Source: Nautiliaceae bacterium
GTDB taxonomy: Bacteria; Campylobacterota; Campylobacteria; Campylobacterales; Nautiliaceae
Assembly: GCA_039831155.1 (NCBI GenBank)
Contig: JBDONT010000022.1
Coordinates: forward strand, 1-16,595
Length of the DNA stretch: 16,595 nt
Direction of reading: 5' to 3'
The notes under the pieces are model-generated. The model was given only the letters and a program-made list of their open reading frames with translations, was not told the DNA's origin and did no database searches. Position numbers and translations under genes: made by a program. This document shows, piece after piece, positions 15,751 through 16,595 of this stretch (positions are counted from its first letter, which is position 1; the number at the start of each line of letters is the position of its first letter).

Positions 15751-16595
15751 AAAGTTTCGCTACATTATCACTACTGCCGTATTTCAAAACTTCTCTAAGT
15801 TTTTTAGCCTTTTCTTGAAACTCTTTTAAATCAGATTCTTTATAATCTCTTAAAAGCTCACTTATATCAAACTTTTGAAGATACTCTTTGTGAAACTCCT
15901 CAAACCCTTCACGCTCAAAAATAATATTAGCAAGCCCGACATGATTAAGCTTAACCAAACTCTTTGCAATTAAATACTCAATCCACCTTGCCTTATACAT
16001 TAAAACAAAAGGAGTCCCAATAATTGCGGCTTCAAGAGTTGCAGTACCCGAACAGATATAGGCAAAATCACTATTTAATAAAGCCTTTTTTGCATCAAAA
16101 ATTAATTCAAACTCTTTTACATCTCCATAAATTTCATCTATTTTATCTTTATAAATAGGGGGAACTGCAAGAAGAGGCTTTTTATCAATTTTTTTGGCAA
16201 GCTCTTTAAAAGTAGGCATTAACGATTTAATTTCACTCTTTCTGCTACCCGGTAAAAAGGCTACATTTCCCTTTTCTTTATCATCTCTAAAAGTTTTAAT
16301 CTCATCTAAAAGAGGATTTCCAACATATATCCCCTCTTTCCATATCTCACGCTCAAAGGGGAAAATATAAGCCTTTTTATCGATATATCTATTTACTTCT
16401 TTTATCCTTCCCTTCTTCCAAGCCCAAACTTTTGGAAGGATATAGTAAATTATCTCTTTGCTTGGATGCTTCTCTTTTATTCTTTTAGCAAGCCTTAAAT
16501 TAAACGAAGGTGCGTCAATCAATAAAATCTTATCAACTTCACCCGCTAAGTCACTCAGTTTTTCAATAGTCTCTTTTGCAAGTTTAATTTTTGGA
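15743..16595 (-). CDS. lpxB: Lipid-A-disaccharide synthase (5' end outside the window)
   Basis: IDAPSFN, PKVWAW, IFPFE, YVGNPL, LPGSRKSEI, SGTATLE and GLANI motifs. The frame stays open to the window edge. Confidence 0.95.
   Translation of the reverse strand, partial: PKIKLAKETIEKLSDLAGEVDKILLIDAPSFNLRLAKRIKEKHPSKEIIYYILPKVWAWKKGRIKEVNRYIDKKAYIFPFEREIWKEGIYVGNPLLDEIKTFRDDKEKGNVAFLPGSRKSEIKSLMPTFKELAKKIDKKPLLAVPPIYKDKIDEIYGDVKEFELIFDAKKALLNSDFAYICSGTATLEAAIIGTPFVLMYKARWIEYLIAKSLVKLNHVGLANIIFEREGFEEFHKEYLQKFDISELLRDYKESDLKEFQEKAKKLREVLKYGSSDNVAKLLL

Noticed and set aside
571-15798. Other short ORFs in the track (e.g. 571-762, 796-1107, 2960-3599, 3850-4274, 5162-5389, 6907-8073, 9877-10110, 15073-15798)
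   Set aside because: They lie antisense to well-supported genes and have shadow-frame composition.

Overview
AT-rich chromosomal window with gene content typical of Campylobacterota (inference from protein style and the lpxB-greA-dut and lpxH-cheV-cheA-cheW order). The core genes are ymdB, an HhH-GPD glycosylase, hisS, speA, cheV/cheA/cheW, lpxH, argC, dut, greA and a partial lpxB. Three accessory elements are embedded. (1) At the left edge is a CRISPR-Cas module: intact cas6 and a WYL regulator, then a truncated cas2 running into an internally deleted cas1 remnant that ends at an IS256-like terminus. (2) An ABC/AAA_21 ATPase plus TOPRIM-like gene pair lies between hisS and speA and is a candidate split-OLD/PARIS-like defence system. 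(3) An Rpn/YhgA-like PD-(D/E)XK nuclease sits between greA and dut, with a perfect internal Shine-Dalgarno and ATG predicting a nested 71-aa antitoxin. Also seen are an unannotated, apparently leaderless 17-aa hydrophobic sORF between ymdB and hisS and a 39-aa tandem duplication in CheA with mostly synonymous differences. No CRISPR array, tRNA or rRNA was found. All family calls come from motif recognition, not database searches.
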